DNA of 64,000 nt from an uncultured Christensenellaceae bacterium (GTDB lineage Bacteria > Bacillota > Clostridia > Christensenellales > SZUA-584): positions 69,062 through 133,061 of the forward strand of contig CAZPHS010000003.1 in NCBI GenBank assembly GCA_964586785.1, read 5' to 3'. The notes beneath the pieces are model-generated. The model made no database searches. It saw only the letters and a list, made by a program, of their open reading frames with translations, and was not told the DNA's origin. Every line of letters begins with the position of its first letter. Within the stretch, counting starts at the first letter, position 1. This document shows positions 44,478 through 55,065 of this stretch, piece by piece. The position numbers and the translations under genes were made by a program.

Positions 44478-44602
44478 GGTTTTTCCTTTCCGGCGGTTTT
44501 ATTATCTAATATTATACAACGTCAAAAAATTTATAACAAGACTGTGCAAGTATACAAAACAATGCATATGTCTATAATCATTTTTAAGGAGGCGGTTTTA
44601 AT

Positions 44603-45460
44603 ATGAACTCTAAGGTATACGGCTGTTATCTTAAAAAAATGTACGGCGGAAGAACCGTTTTCGCGCGCTTTTTTGATTTTGTTATGCTAAGGGCGCTGCT
44701 TCTTACGGGGCTGTTTCTGTTATTTTTGCATTTTAGCAAATCACTGACCACGGCGCTGCTTGTCTCTATTTTTTTAACCATGGCCGTAAGCATATTTCTA
44801 TTTACTTACAGAACTAAGAAGGCGGAACGCTATATAAAAAAGGATATAGCCGATTTGAAAAGAAAATGCCTTCTTGAATCATTAACATTAATGGACTTAA
44901 ACGAATTCGCCGGTTATATGGGCAGGCTGTTCGGCGGCTTTAAAGAAACTTCGTATATAAACGGCGGTTTTTTTGCGGAAAATGAAGACGGATACTTTTT
45001 TGCTTTGCATAACCATCCCGGCACAAAATGTGACACAGATAATATAATAGAAATACTGCGCGGAAACAGGGGTAAGAAAATAACCATAATATCATTGTCG
45101 GAATTTACCAACGCGGCTAAAGCGCTGTGCAAATACGAGGGGTACAGCGTAAAGCTTATCGGCGGGGCGGAGGTGCTGGCTATAGCGTCTAAGGCGGATA
45201 TGCTGCCGGATGAGAGCGCGGCGCAGAAAAAAGCCGAAGAAGAGATGGAATATAATATAATTACAATAAGCAAAATAAAGGACGCGGCGGTCAGCCAAAA
45301 AAAGGTTAAGGCTTATACGCTGTGCGGGCTCGCCGCTGTATTTTGGCCTTTTGTAACCGGATTTAAGTTCTATTATCCCGTTATTGCCGCGGCTTGCTTT
45401 TTTCTCGCGGCAGTCTCCCGAAGAAAGAGCCGTGATTCTAAAGGTTCGGCAAGCGCTTAA
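44603..45460 (+). CDS. Membrane protein: N-terminal TM pair, cytoplasmic domain of about 150 aa, C-terminal TM pair
   Basis: Hydrophobic segments at both ends. SD AAGGAGG upstream. No family recognised with confidence. Confidence 0.55.
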   Translation: MNSKVYGCYLKKMYGGRTVFARFFDFVMLRALLLTGLFLLFLHFSKSLTTALLVSIFLTMAVSIFLFTYRTKKAERYIKKDIADLKRKCLLESLTLMDLNEFAGYMGRLFGGFKETSYINGGFFAENEDGYFFALHNHPGTKCDTDNIIEILRGNRGKKITIISLSEFTNAAKALCKYEGYSVKLIGGAEVLAIASKADMLPDESAAQKKAEEEMEYNIITISKIKDAAVSQKKVKAYTLCGLAAVFWPFVTGFKFYYPVIAAACFFLAAVSRRKSRDSKGSASA

Positions 45461-45686
45461 CTTAACTTGACAAAAAACATGACAGATAATAAAATTGATT
45501 AAGATTTCTAATATGAGGAATTAGGTCTTCTTAAAGACGTTACTTTCCAATATGAAATCGTTAACGGTTGTTATAATCGGAAACGGATTATGATCCGTTA
45601 GGTGTTTATGCAGATATACATTGCAATCTAAGGTTTTGGGGGTATATTTGCGCTAAAACTTAATAAAAGGAGGTGCAGGACACTCA

Positions 45687-47225
45687 GTGGATGTTTGGCA
45701 TATAGCGCTGCCTCTTGCTGCTGTTATAGCCGGCTTGTTTATAGGATATGTATACAGAAGAAACATTGCCGAAGCTAAGGTTGGCAGAGCGGAAGAATCC
45801 GTAAGACGTCTTGTGGCCGACGCGCAGAAAAAAGCGGAGGCTGTAAAGAAAGAAACGGTGTTGGAAGCCAAAGAAGAAATCCATACATTGAGAGTCGAAT
45901 TTGACAAGGAATCCAAAGAAAGACGCAGTGAAATCCAAAGAATCGAGAGAAGGTTAGCCCAGCGTGAAGAAACACTGGATAAAAAGATAGCAAGTGTTGA
46001 AGCGAAAGAGGAACAAGTCGGGAAGAGTTTAAAAGACGTCACAAAACGCAAAGAGGATATAGAGCGTATATTCGAACAGCAGGTTCAGCAGCTTGAGAAG
46101 GTATCCGATATGACGGTTGACGACGCGAAAGCTCTTTTGCTTGAAAAGGTCGAGCAGGAAGCACGGCGCGATATGGCCGTGTATGTAAGGGAAATCGAAC
46201 ACCGCGCGAAAGAGGAGGCGGATAAGAAATCCCGCGAGATAATCAGCAGCGCCATACAAAAATACGCGGCCGACCATGTAGCTGAAAATACCGTGTCTGT
46301 TGTGGCATTGCCCAACGATGAAATGAAGGGCAGAATTATCGGAAGAGAGGGGCGCAATATACGCGCTCTTGAAACGGCAACGGGTATAGACCTTATTATA
46401 GACGATACTCCCGAGGCCGTGATATTATCCGGTTTTGATCCTATCAGGAGAGAAGTGGCGCGTATAGCGCTTGAAAAACTCATCATTGACGGCAGAATAC
46501 ATCCCGCGCGCATAGAGGAAATGGTTAAAAAAGCGCGCAAGGATGTTGAAAAGGAGGTTCGGGACGCTGGAGAGCAGGCGGCGTTTGACACCGGCATACA
46601 TAATTTGCATCCCGAAATAATAAAACTCCTCGGCAGGCTGAAATATCGTACCAGCTATGGGCAAAACGTACTTAAACACTCGCTTGAGGTTGCGCATCTT
46701 TCAGCGGTAATGGCCGCTGAGCTTGGCGCGAACATTAAACTGGCAAAACGCGGCGGTCTGCTGCACGATATAGGCAAGGCTGTAGACCATGAAGTTGAAG
46801 GGCCTCATATTCAGATTGGGGCGGATTTGGCTAAGAAATACAGGGAAAGCGCGGACGTGGTGCATTGCATACAGGCGCACCACGGGGATATAGAGGCGCA
46901 GACCGTGGAGGCCGTGCTTGTGCAGTCGGCAGACGCCATATCGGCGGCAAGACCGGGCGCAAGAAGGGAAACTCTCGAAAATTATATTAAAAGGCTGGAA
47001 GCTTTGGAGGAAATCGCAAATTCGTTTTCAGGTGTCGAAAAGTGTTATGCCATACAGGCCGGACGCGAAGTTCGAATACTTGTTAAACCCGAAGATGTGG
47101 ATGATGCGGGAATGCATTTGATGGCAAAAGACATCGTTAAAAAGATTGAGAACGACCTTGACTATCCGGGACAGATAAAGGTGAACGTTATAAGAGAAAC
47201 AAGGTCTATCGATTTCGCAAAGTAA
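45687..47225 (+). CDS. rny: Ribonuclease Y
   Basis: N-terminal TM, long coiled coil, KH domain ([12 protein letters not shown]) and HD domain (LLHDIGKA). GTG start after AAGGAGGTG. Confidence 0.95.
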   Translation: MDVWHIALPLAAVIAGLFIGYVYRRNIAEAKVGRAEESVRRLVADAQKKAEAVKKETVLEAKEEIHTLRVEFDKESKERRSEIQRIERRLAQREETLDKKIASVEAKEEQVGKSLKDVTKRKEDIERIFEQQVQQLEKVSDMTVDDAKALLLEKVEQEARRDMAVYVREIEHRAKEEADKKSREIISSAIQKYAADHVAENTVSVVALPNDEMKGRIIGREGRNIRALETATGIDLIIDDTPEAVILSGFDPIRREVARIALEKLIIDGRIHPARIEEMVKKARKDVEKEVRDAGEQAAFDTGIHNLHPEIIKLLGRLKYRTSYGQNVLKHSLEVAHLSAVMAAELGANIKLAKRGGLLHDIGKAVDHEVEGPHIQIGADLAKKYRESADVVHCIQAHHGDIEAQTVEAVLVQSADAISAARPGARRETLENYIKRLEALEEIANSFSGVEKCYAIQAGREVRILVKPEDVDDAGMHLMAKDIVKKIENDLDYPGQIKVNVIRETRSIDFAK

Positions 47226-47278
47226 ACATAAGGGGCTGCAGAACTTGCAGCCCTTTTACATTGCCGGGAGGTGCTAAT

Positions 47279-48190
47279 GTGGTAAGAATTGCGGATGCCC
47301 ATTGTGATTTTTTGTCTTTTTGCGTAATCAAAGACGATAACGCGCGGCTTTACGACCATGTGGATTTAAGCCGTCTTATTATTGGCGGCGTCGCCCTTCA
47401 GGTTTTTGCCGTTTGGACGCCGCCGGACAGCGCAAACCGTATGCGGCTTTCTTTTTCACAGATTGATTTTCTCGATAATTTTGCAGCGGGCAGCGAAGGC
47501 ATTGTCCGCCTGTGTACGGAAAAGCGGCGCCTGCGCGACAACCGGAATATTTCCGCCATATTGGCTATAGAAGGCGGCTCTTGCATAGAATGCGGAATAA
47601 ACGCCATACGGAGCGTATACGAAAGAGGCGCCCGTATAATGAGCCTTACATGGAACGAGGAGAACGATTTTGCTTTCGGCTGCGGACACAAAAGCGGGGG
47701 AGTGAAGCAAAAGGGCTTAGAAGCTATTGAGCTTCTAAACTCGCTTAACATCGCCCTTGATCTTTCGCATATAAACGAGCGCGGCTTTTACGACGCGCTT
47801 GAGGCTTATAAGCGCGCTCCGTGCGCCACGCATTCGTGCGCGTATTCTTTATGCAAATCGCCGCGCAATTTAAAAGACGAGCAGATAACCGCCATAATAA
47901 ACAAAAACGGCTTTATAGGCATAAACTTTTACAACGCTTTTTTAGGCGGAGATATCGTTACGGTCAACAGCATACTCGAGCATATAGAGCATGTGCTGTG
48001 CTTGGGCGGAAAAGACGCCGTAGGCTTCGGCAGCGACTTCTGCGGCGTTACCGAAACGCCTAAAGGACTAAAATCGGCTGCCGATTTTCAGATAATACCC
48101 GAAACCATGGCGCGGCGCGGTTACACGGACGAACTGATTAATAAAATTTGCTATGGCAATTTTGCCTCTTATATATTACAATTTTTATAA
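47279..48190 (+). CDS. Membrane-dipeptidase family (M19) protein
   Basis: IADAHCDFL, LAIEGG, LTWNEEN, DLSH and GFGSDFCG motifs. GTG at 47279 follows GGGAGGTG. Confidence 0.8.
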   Translation: MVRIADAHCDFLSFCVIKDDNARLYDHVDLSRLIIGGVALQVFAVWTPPDSANRMRLSFSQIDFLDNFAAGSEGIVRLCTEKRRLRDNRNISAILAIEGGSCIECGINAIRSVYERGARIMSLTWNEENDFAFGCGHKSGGVKQKGLEAIELLNSLNIALDLSHINERGFYDALEAYKRAPCATHSCAYSLCKSPRNLKDEQITAIINKNGFIGINFYNAFLGGDIVTVNSILEHIEHVLCLGGKDAVGFGSDFCGVTETPKGLKSAADFQIIPETMARRGYTDELINKICYGNFASYILQFL

Positions 48191-48215
48191 CAGAAAAAAT
48201 CAAGGCGGCCTTTAT

Positions 48216-49646
48216 ATGAAAGAGTTATATGAGAATCCTTTAACGGCCAGGTACGCGTCTAAAGAAATGGCGGCCGTATTCTCCGATGAGCATAAGTTTA
48301 AAACGTGGCGGAAACTATGGATAGCTCTCGCGGAATGCGAGATGGAGCTTGGACTGCCGATTACAGATTCGCAGATAAATGAGCTTAAACTAAAAGCGGA
48401 CGATATAAATTATGACGTCGCGCAAGAGAGGGAGAAAATAGTGCGGCATGACGTTATGGCGCATGTTTACGCGTACGGGCTGCAGTGCCCCAAGGCTAAA
48501 CCGATAATCCATCTTGGGGCGACAAGCTGTTATGTCGGCGATAATACCGATTTGCTGCTTATGCATGAGGCTTTGGGCATTATTGAGCGAAAGCTTGTGT
48601 GCGTTATGGATAACCTCTCAAAGTTCGCCGATAAGTATAAGCACATGCCAACGCTTGGGTTTACGCATTATCAGCCGGCGCAGCTTACAACGGTGGGTAA
48701 ACGGGCTGCTCTTTGGATATACGATTTGCTTGCCGACTACAATCAAATACGGCGGATAAAAAAAAATTTTCTTCTTCGCGGCGCCAAAGGCACAACGGGA
48801 ACGGGCGCCGGCTTCCTCTCATTGTTTGACGGGGACGAGCGAAAGGTTATGGCTCTCGATAAAGCGGTATGCAAAAAACTCGGGTTCGAATCGTCGTTCC
48901 CCGTTACGGGGCAAACATACCCGCGAAAGTTTGATACCGTCGTTATAAACGCGCTGGCTCTTATCGCCCAGAGCGCGTATAAATTCAGCAATGATTTGCG
49001 GCTGCTTCAGGGCATGAAGGAAATAGAAGAGCCGTTTGAAGCCGGTCAAATAGGCTCCTCCGCAATGGCATATAAAAGAAACCCCATGCGCAGCGAAAGG
49101 ATGGGAGCTTTATGCCGTTTTGTTCTTTCAATGCCAATAAACGCGTCCGTTACGGCTTCCACACAATGGTTCGAGCGCACGCTTGACGATTCCGCGAACA
49201 GAAGGCTTGTTATACCACAGAGCTTTCTTGCCGTTGACGCGGTTTTAAACCTGTATCTTAATATAACTGGCGGGCTTGTGGTGTACGAGAATGTGATAAG
49301 CAAGCATGTCAAGCGGGAGCTGCCCTTTATGGCTACGGAAAACATACTTATGGAAGCCGTAAAGCGCGGGGGAGACAGGCAGGAGCTTCATGAAAAGTTA
49401 CGCGTATATTCCATGCAGGCCGCGTCGCGCGTAAAAAAAGACGGGCTTGACAACAATCTTTTAGAGCTTATAAAAAATGATTCGGCGTTCTCTCTCTCGC
49501 CCGATGAAATAGTCTCCATTACAGACCCGCAAAAATTCACGGGCTGCGCCGCTTTGCAAACGCGCGAATTTATAGATAAATATATAAAGCCCGTGCTTGA
49601 CGAAAACGCAAAAAAGCTTGGCTTGCGGGGAGAAGTGAACGTATAG
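48216..49646 (+). CDS. purB: Adenylosuccinate lyase
   Basis: Fumarate-lyase signature GSSAMAYKRNP and a PurB-like N-terminus, PLTARYASKEM. The ATG at 48216 is the homologue-consistent start. Confidence 0.95.
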   Translation: MKELYENPLTARYASKEMAAVFSDEHKFKTWRKLWIALAECEMELGLPITDSQINELKLKADDINYDVAQEREKIVRHDVMAHVYAYGLQCPKAKPIIHLGATSCYVGDNTDLLLMHEALGIIERKLVCVMDNLSKFADKYKHMPTLGFTHYQPAQLTTVGKRAALWIYDLLADYNQIRRIKKNFLLRGAKGTTGTGAGFLSLFDGDERKVMALDKAVCKKLGFESSFPVTGQTYPRKFDTVVINALALIAQSAYKFSNDLRLLQGMKEIEEPFEAGQIGSSAMAYKRNPMRSERMGALCRFVLSMPINASVTASTQWFERTLDDSANRRLVIPQSFLAVDAVLNLYLNITGGLVVYENVISKHVKRELPFMATENILMEAVKRGGDRQELHEKLRVYSMQAASRVKKDGLDNNLLELIKNDSAFSLSPDEIVSITDPQKFTGCAALQTREFIDKYIKPVLDENAKKLGLRGEVNV

Positions 49647-49654
49647 CCGTAATA

Positions 49655-49680
49655 ATAAAAAAAGCGCCCGTTAAGGCGCT
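49655..49680 (-). terminator. Terminator following tRNA-Trp (also caps purB)
   Basis: AGCGCC-CGTTAA-GGCGCT hairpin with a U-run on the minus strand. Confidence 0.75.
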
Positions 49681-49755
49681 TGGCAGGGGAGACGCGACTC
49701 GAACACGCAACCCTCGGTTTTGGAGACCGATGCTCTACCATTGAGCCACTCCCCT
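49681..49755 (-). tRNA. trnW: tRNA-Trp (anticodon CCA), CCA end encoded
   Basis: Hand-folded cloverleaf: acceptor AGGGGAG/CTCCCCT, D arm GCTC-AATGGTA-GAGC, anticodon arm TCGGT-CTCCAAA-ACCGA, T loop TTCGAGT, 3' GCCA. Confidence 0.93.
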
Positions 49756-49817
49756 TTGTTTTAAGACAATCGGTATTATAAACAATTTACTATCAATCGT
49801 CAATAGGAGGAAATAAT

Positions 49818-50627
49818 ATGACGACATACGCCGTGGGTTTTATAGGCGCAGGGAACATGGCTTATGCCATAATAAAAGGCTGCGCGGAAAAAGGAATTAT
49901 TGATACGAAAAACATATTCGTATTTGACATTGACGGCAATAAAACGGAAGATATCCGCGAAAAGTTCGGCGTTTTGCCCGTATGCTCCGTCTCAAAGCTG
50001 TGCGGCAAGAGCGATATTATAATACTCGCGATTAAACCAAACGTGATTGAATCCGTGCTTGCCGATATAAAAGATTTTACAGGCGGAAAAACGATTGTAT
50101 CCATAGCTGCCGGCTGGAGCGCGGAAAAGATACGTAAAATCATTGGTACAGACAAGCGTGTTTGCCGTATAATGCCCAACACGCCTTTAACGGTGGGGGA
50201 GGGCATGAGCGTTTTTGAGACGCCTTGCGAAATAGAGGACGATAAAAAAAGACTTATAGAAAGTATATTTTCTTCGCTCGGGCAGATTGACTCCGCTCCG
50301 GCCGCGGCTATGGACGCGGTTACGGCGGTATCCGGAAGCGGACCGGCATATGTTTTTATGATGATAGAAGCGTTGGCGGACGCGGGAGTTTTGTGCGGCT
50401 TAACGCGCGCGCAGGCGACAAAGCTCGCGGCGCAAACGGTGCTCGGCTCCGCCAAAATGGTGCTTTTAACCGGCAGCCATCCCGGAGCGCTTAAAGACGC
50501 CGTATGCTCTCCCGGCGGCACTACCATAGAGGCGGTAAAATCGCTTGAACGGGACGGCTTTAGGGGCGCTCTAATAAAAGCGGTTGAAAAATGCGCGGCT
50601 AAATCCAAATCGATGTCTGATAAATGA
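49818..50627 (+). CDS. proC: Pyrroline-5-carboxylate reductase
   Basis: GFIGAGNMA Rossmann start and a C-terminal SPGGTTIEAV motif. Confidence 0.92.
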   Translation: MTTYAVGFIGAGNMAYAIIKGCAEKGIIDTKNIFVFDIDGNKTEDIREKFGVLPVCSVSKLCGKSDIIILAIKPNVIESVLADIKDFTGGKTIVSIAAGWSAEKIRKIIGTDKRVCRIMPNTPLTVGEGMSVFETPCEIEDDKKRLIESIFSSLGQIDSAPAAAMDAVTAVSGSGPAYVFMMIEALADAGVLCGLTRAQATKLAAQTVLGSAKMVLLTGSHPGALKDAVCSPGGTTIEAVKSLERDGFRGALIKAVEKCAAKSKSMSDK

Positions 50628-51058
50628 AAAAGGTAAATATATACACTGACGGCGCGTGCTCCGGCAATCCCGGCCCGGGTGGCTGGGCGGCGGTGCTGAT
50701 ATACAAGGGCAGAGAAAAGCAAATTTCCGGTTTTAAGCCGGAGACAACCAACAACCGCATGGAATTAACGGCCGTCTTAAAAGCTTTGCGCGCGCTTAAA
50801 GAGCCGTGTTTAGTTACGGTGCATACAGACAGCGCGTACATACAAAAAGCCTTTGAACAGGGCTGGATAAACCGCTGGGAACAAAACGGCTGGAAAACCA
50901 CGGCGAAAAAGCCCGTTGAAAATCAGGATTTGTGGAAGGATATACTCGCCGTCGCGGGCGAACACGAGGTATCTTTTATTAAGGTTAAGGGGCATTCGGA
51001 CGATAAGTACAATAATTTGTGCGATTCGCTTGCCAAGAAGGCAATAGAGCGGGTATAA
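50624..51058 (+). CDS. rnhA: Ribonuclease HI
   Basis: YTDGACSGNPGPGGWA, NNRMEL, TDS and KGHSD...N..CD catalytic pattern. ATGA overlap with proC. Confidence 0.92.
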   Translation: MKKVNIYTDGACSGNPGPGGWAAVLIYKGREKQISGFKPETTNNRMELTAVLKALRALKEPCLVTVHTDSAYIQKAFEQGWINRWEQNGWKTTAKKPVENQDLWKDILAVAGEHEVSFIKVKGHSDDKYNNLCDSLAKKAIERV

Positions 51059-51070
51059 TGAATAATACAA

Positions 51071-51100
51071 CTATGCGCAAAATGCAAGTTTTGCGCATAG
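51071..51100 (+). other. Perfect 12-bp-stem hairpin between rnhA and the recombinase gene
   Basis: CTATGCGCAAAA-TGCAAG-TTTTGCGCATAG, with no U-tract after it. Confidence 0.6.
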
Positions 51101-51132
51101 TATGCCTCTGTTTCTCATTGGAAGGATACAAT

Positions 51133-52170
51133 ATGTCCAAATCAAGCAAAACCGAGCGAAACATTCATAACACGCAAAAGCTGCAGCGTTTGCTTAAAAC
51201 TCTGCCAAGATTCTGCGTTACTTATTTCCGCGCCATAGAACCGCGCACATCGCCGCTGACGCGTATTAATTACGCGTACGATTTGCGTCTTTTTTTTAAA
51301 TTTATCGAAGACGAGCTCGGACGCAATACGAACAATATGTCGCCCGGGGATTTACAGACGCTTACCATGAATGATTTTGAGCGCTACATAGAATATTTAA
51401 GGCTTTATTATAATGATGAAAGCGTGCGCGAAAACGGCAAAAAAGGGCTTGCGCGTAAAATCGCCTCATTGCGCAGCTTTTATAAGTATTATTATAATAA
51501 AGAGGAAATAAGTGACAATATAACGACTAGGCTGGCGACGCCCAAAACCGCCGATAAACCTATATTAAGGCTAACCCGTAACGAGGCTTTAAAGCTTTTG
51601 CATGTTGTCGGCTCGGGCGACGGGCTTTCAAATAAACAGCTTTCATATCACGGCGTAAACAGGCTTCGCGATATCGCTATATTTACTCTTTTTTTAACTA
51701 CGGGCATACGTATAAGCGAATTATGCTCGCTTGATATAAGCGATGTTGATATAAAGGCGCGTTCCTTCAAGGTGCTGCGCAAGGGCGGAAACGAAGCGAT
51801 ACTTTATTTTGGCGAGGAAACGGCAAGGGCGCTTGATGATTACATAGAGGAGCGTAAGGCAAAAGTAACATACAGCCAAAACTCCCCCATGTTTCTTTCG
51901 CTGCAAAATAAGCGTATAAGCGTGCGCGCTATGCAGATGTTAGTGCAAAAATATGCCTCCATAGCCGTTCCGCTTAAAGATATCTCCCCGCATAAGCTTC
52001 GAAGCACATACGGCACGCTTCTTTATCAAAACACAGGCGATATATATCTTGTCGCCGATGTTTTAGGACACAAAGATGTAAACACCACAAGAAAATACTA
52101 TGCCGCCATAGACGAGTCCCAAAGAAAACGCGCGGCAAAGGCCGTTGTACTTCGGGATAAGGACGAATAA
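51133..52170 (+). CDS. Tyrosine site-specific recombinase, XerC/XerD-like
   Basis: SAM-like N-domain, catalytic R (TGIRISE), HKLRSTYGT (HxxR) and LGHKDVNTTRKY (H..Y). The ATG at 51133 follows GGAAGGA. Confidence 0.85.
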   Translation: MSKSSKTERNIHNTQKLQRLLKTLPRFCVTYFRAIEPRTSPLTRINYAYDLRLFFKFIEDELGRNTNNMSPGDLQTLTMNDFERYIEYLRLYYNDESVRENGKKGLARKIASLRSFYKYYYNKEEISDNITTRLATPKTADKPILRLTRNEALKLLHVVGSGDGLSNKQLSYHGVNRLRDIAIFTLFLTTGIRISELCSLDISDVDIKARSFKVLRKGGNEAILYFGEETARALDDYIEERKAKVTYSQNSPMFLSLQNKRISVRAMQMLVQKYASIAVPLKDISPHKLRSTYGTLLYQNTGDIYLVADVLGHKDVNTTRKYYAAIDESQRKRAAKAVVLRDKDE

Positions 52171-52261
52171 ACATACGTAATTATTGTGCGAATTGACATA
52201 AACATTCGATTATGGTATTTTGTTAAATATCGGTATAATTATCTATGGGGGGTGCTTTATT

Positions 52262-52837
52262 ATGTTTCCTATTTACAACTCATACACCGGTGATCCTGTT
52301 GCTACGTTTCTAATCTTTTCATTTGCCGTTTTGGTTTATGTATTTCTTTCTTTGGGACTGTACACGGTGGCAAAGCGGCGCGGATTGCGCAATTACGGCT
52401 TGGCCTGGTTACCGATAGCGAATTATTGGGTGCTCGGCTGCTTGGCCGATCAGTATGACAACGCGCATACAGGCAAAAACTTAAAGCTGCGAAGGCATCT
52501 GCTTTGGCTTTGCATCGCATCCGTATCTTTGTATATAATTGTATATGTTATAATTGCCAAAGCTGCGTTTTCACAGTATTCTGCTTTAAACATGTTAGTT
52601 AATTCTCTTTTGCTAACACCATATTTTATGCTATACGTTTTACTTCCTCTATTTTTTACGCTTATTATATTCTGCTATATAGCTTTCTATAAGCATTATC
52701 GCTCGTGCAGTCCGGACAAAGCGGTTGTGCTGTTGGTATTCTCTATAACTTTTGCGGTTATAATTCCGTTTGTGCTGTTTTCTCTGCGCAAAAGCGACAA
52801 GGGTATGCCCGCGCCGCCGGTAACCGAACCGCAATAA
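52262..52837 (+). CDS. Polytopic membrane protein
   Basis: Five hydrophobic segments. GGGGGGTG lies 7 nt before the ATG at 52262. Confidence 0.55.
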   Translation: MFPIYNSYTGDPVATFLIFSFAVLVYVFLSLGLYTVAKRRGLRNYGLAWLPIANYWVLGCLADQYDNAHTGKNLKLRRHLLWLCIASVSLYIIVYVIIAKAAFSQYSALNMLVNSLLLTPYFMLYVLLPLFFTLIIFCYIAFYKHYRSCSPDKAVVLLVFSITFAVIIPFVLFSLRKSDKGMPAPPVTEPQ

Positions 52838-52847
52838 ACCTTTGATA

Positions 52848-52898
52848 AGAACATTTGTTTGCTTTTTCGTTGACATCTATGTTATGTTTTGGTATCAT
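52848..52898 (+). promoter_or_regulatory. lexA promoter with SOS (Cheo-type) box
   Basis: AGAACATTTGTTTG (52848..52861) against the Firmicute consensus CGAAC-N4-GTTCG. TTGACA, 17 nt, TATCAT downstream. Confidence 0.6.
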
Positions 52899-52932
52899 AA
52901 TTTAAAAGTATATATTTTGCGGGGCTTTGTTT

Positions 52933-53538
52933 ATGGAAAGTTTGACAAAAAGGCAGTTTGAGGTGCTCGAGTACATAAAAGGTTATATTGACGGCAACGG
53001 ATACGCGCCGTGCGTTAGGGACATTTGCTTTGCCCTTGATTTAAAGTCCACGTCGACAGCGCACGCTCATCTGACAAAGCTGGAGCGGAAAGGATATATT
53101 TCGAGAGACCCCGCAAAGCCGCGCACAATAATGATATGCGGGGAGAACAGGCATAAAGAGAAAATGGTGGCGGTGCCCGTTCTTGGGAAAGTAGCCGCCG
53201 GTATGCCTATAACGGCCGTGGAGAATATAGAGGAATATATATCCCTCCCCTATTCGCTGCTTTGCTCCGAAGACGTTTTTATGCTTAACGTAAGCGGCGA
53301 CAGCATGATGAACGCGGGTATACGCGACAAAGACAAGATTATTGCGCAAAAACAAAATTACGCTCAAAACGGCGATATTGTAGTCGCTCTTTTGGAAGAC
53401 GAGGCGACTGTAAAACGCTTTTTCCTAGAGGAAGACCGCGTTAGGCTTCAGCCCGAAAACGAAAACTTTCAGCCGATTTACACCAGAAATATTGATATAC
53501 TCGGCAAGGTGATAGGCGTTCTGCGTATGTTTAAATGA
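52933..53538 (+). CDS. lexA: LexA repressor
   Basis: N-terminal winged helix, VAAG cleavage site, SGDSM (Ser) and VKRF (Lys) dyad. Confidence 0.95.
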   Translation: MESLTKRQFEVLEYIKGYIDGNGYAPCVRDICFALDLKSTSTAHAHLTKLERKGYISRDPAKPRTIMICGENRHKEKMVAVPVLGKVAAGMPITAVENIEEYISLPYSLLCSEDVFMLNVSGDSMMNAGIRDKDKIIAQKQNYAQNGDIVVALLEDEATVKRFFLEEDRVRLQPENENFQPIYTRNIDILGKVIGVLRMFK

Positions 53539-54810
53539 TTATTTCACAAGCCCCATTTCGTCCAGCGCTATCATAAGGCCAAGCTTCATATGCGCGTATG
53601 TCAGCCCCCCCTGCGCGTACACCGTATACGGCGGCTTTACCGGAGCGTCCGCTGAAAGCTCTATGGAGGCTCCCTGCACGAACGTGCCCGCCGCCATAAC
53701 CACCTTGTCTTTATAACCGGGCATATCCCACGGAATGGGCGTAGCCCGACTGTCTACGGCCGCCGCCTTTTGTATCGCCTTGGTATAGGCAAGCAGCAAT
53801 TTTTCATCGTTGAGCATTATGGACTGTGTTATATCGCCCCGGGGAGCGTCATGTGACGGGTACACCCTAAACCCAAAATCTTCAAACACCTTGGAATACA
53901 GTATGCTCCCTTTCAAGGACTCCCCCACCACATGCGGCGACATAAAAAGCCCCTGAAAAAAACCTCTGTACGACGCCTCGTACGAGCCAACCTGAGCGCC
54001 TAGCCCCGGGCACGTAAGCCTGTTTTCCGCCAGCCTTATTAAATCCTCCCTGCCGGCTATATACCCGCCTGTGGGCGCGATGCCCCCTCCCGGGTTTTTA
54101 ATCATAGAGCCGGCAATAATATCCGCGCCGCATTCCGTAGGCTCTTCCGTTTCGCAGAACTCGCCGTAGCAGTTATCAACAATAATAATAATATCCGGAT
54201 ACCGGCTCTTAACGGCAAGCGCGAATTCGCGCAGCCGCGTCATGGATATCGCGCCGCGCCATTCATACCCGCGTGAACGCTGTATAAAAAGAGCCTTGGG
54301 GCGCTCGCTTTCGGCTATAGTCTCAAATACGCGCGGCAAATCCATACAACCGTTTGGCAGCAAATCAACCTGACGGTATGAAACGGACAAATCGCTCAAA
54401 GAACCGCAGTCGGCGGGCTGATCATATCCTATAACGCTGCCGAGAGTGTCGTAGGGCTTCCCCGTTACGCTTATAAGCGTGTCAAGGGGACGCAGCACGG
54501 CGTATAACGCGAGAGCTATGGCATGTGTGCCCGAGGCTATATGAGGGCTTAAAACGGCGCTTTGGGCGCGTACTACGCGCGCGAAAACATCGGAGAGAGC
54601 CTGCCTTCCTTCGTCCGCGTAACCGTAGCCGGTGGACGGCGCGAAATGACGGGGGCTTATGTTTTTTTCCCAAAAGGCCTCTATAACTTTATACTGGTTT
54701 TCTTCCGATAATTTCTCAGTATCGTAAAAGAAATTTAAAAGCGAAGCCTCCGCCTTATTAACAACGGCGAAAGCCTCCTCGCTTATACCCATTCTTTTAA
54801 GATGCCGCAT
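53539..54810 (-). CDS. PLP-dependent YnbB / 'aluminium resistance protein' family (methionine gamma-lyase-like)
   Basis: STGYGYADEGR...SGTHAI family pattern. Conserved position downstream of hfq. Confidence 0.8.
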   Translation of the reverse strand: MRHLKRMGISEEAFAVVNKAEASLLNFFYDTEKLSEENQYKVIEAFWEKNISPRHFAPSTGYGYADEGRQALSDVFARVVRAQSAVLSPHIASGTHAIALALYAVLRPLDTLISVTGKPYDTLGSVIGYDQPADCGSLSDLSVSYRQVDLLPNGCMDLPRVFETIAESERPKALFIQRSRGYEWRGAISMTRLREFALAVKSRYPDIIIIVDNCYGEFCETEEPTECGADIIAGSMIKNPGGGIAPTGGYIAGREDLIRLAENRLTCPGLGAQVGSYEASYRGFFQGLFMSPHVVGESLKGSILYSKVFEDFGFRVYPSHDAPRGDITQSIMLNDEKLLLAYTKAIQKAAAVDSRATPIPWDMPGYKDKVVMAAGTFVQGASIELSADAPVKPPYTVYAQGGLTYAHMKLGLMIALDEMGLVK

Positions 54811-55064
54811 TACTCTTCCGACGACTCTTTTGACTTATCAAAGAATTGAAACAATATTGGGCGGGAGGGTGATATCGTAGAAACAGCATGTTTGTAAATC
54901 ATCATCTGTTTGCCTTCACTGTCAAGTATAATCGTGAAATTGTCGAACCCTTTGACTACGCCTTTTATCTGGTATCCGTTTGTCAAATGGATTGTAACAT
55001 TAACGTGCTCTTTGCGTACCTGATTTAAAAATACATCCTGCAGTATTATTATAGGCTTCTGCAT
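54810..55064 (-). CDS. hfq: RNA chaperone Hfq
   Basis: [40 protein letters not shown]...IYKHAVSTI Sm1/Sm2 motifs. Confidence 0.93.
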   Translation of the reverse strand: MQKPIIILQDVFLNQVRKEHVNVTIHLTNGYQIKGVVKGFDNFTIILDSEGKQMMIYKHAVSTISPSRPILFQFFDKSKESSEE

Positions 55065-55065
55065 A

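Noticed and set aside
51133-52170. Tyrosine recombinase considered as the integrase of a mobile element
   Set aside because: It is flanked by housekeeping genes (proC-rnhA upstream, lexA downstream). I saw no adjacent phage or ICE cargo, no excisionase and no flanking direct repeats. A Xer-type chromosome-dimer-resolution role fits better.
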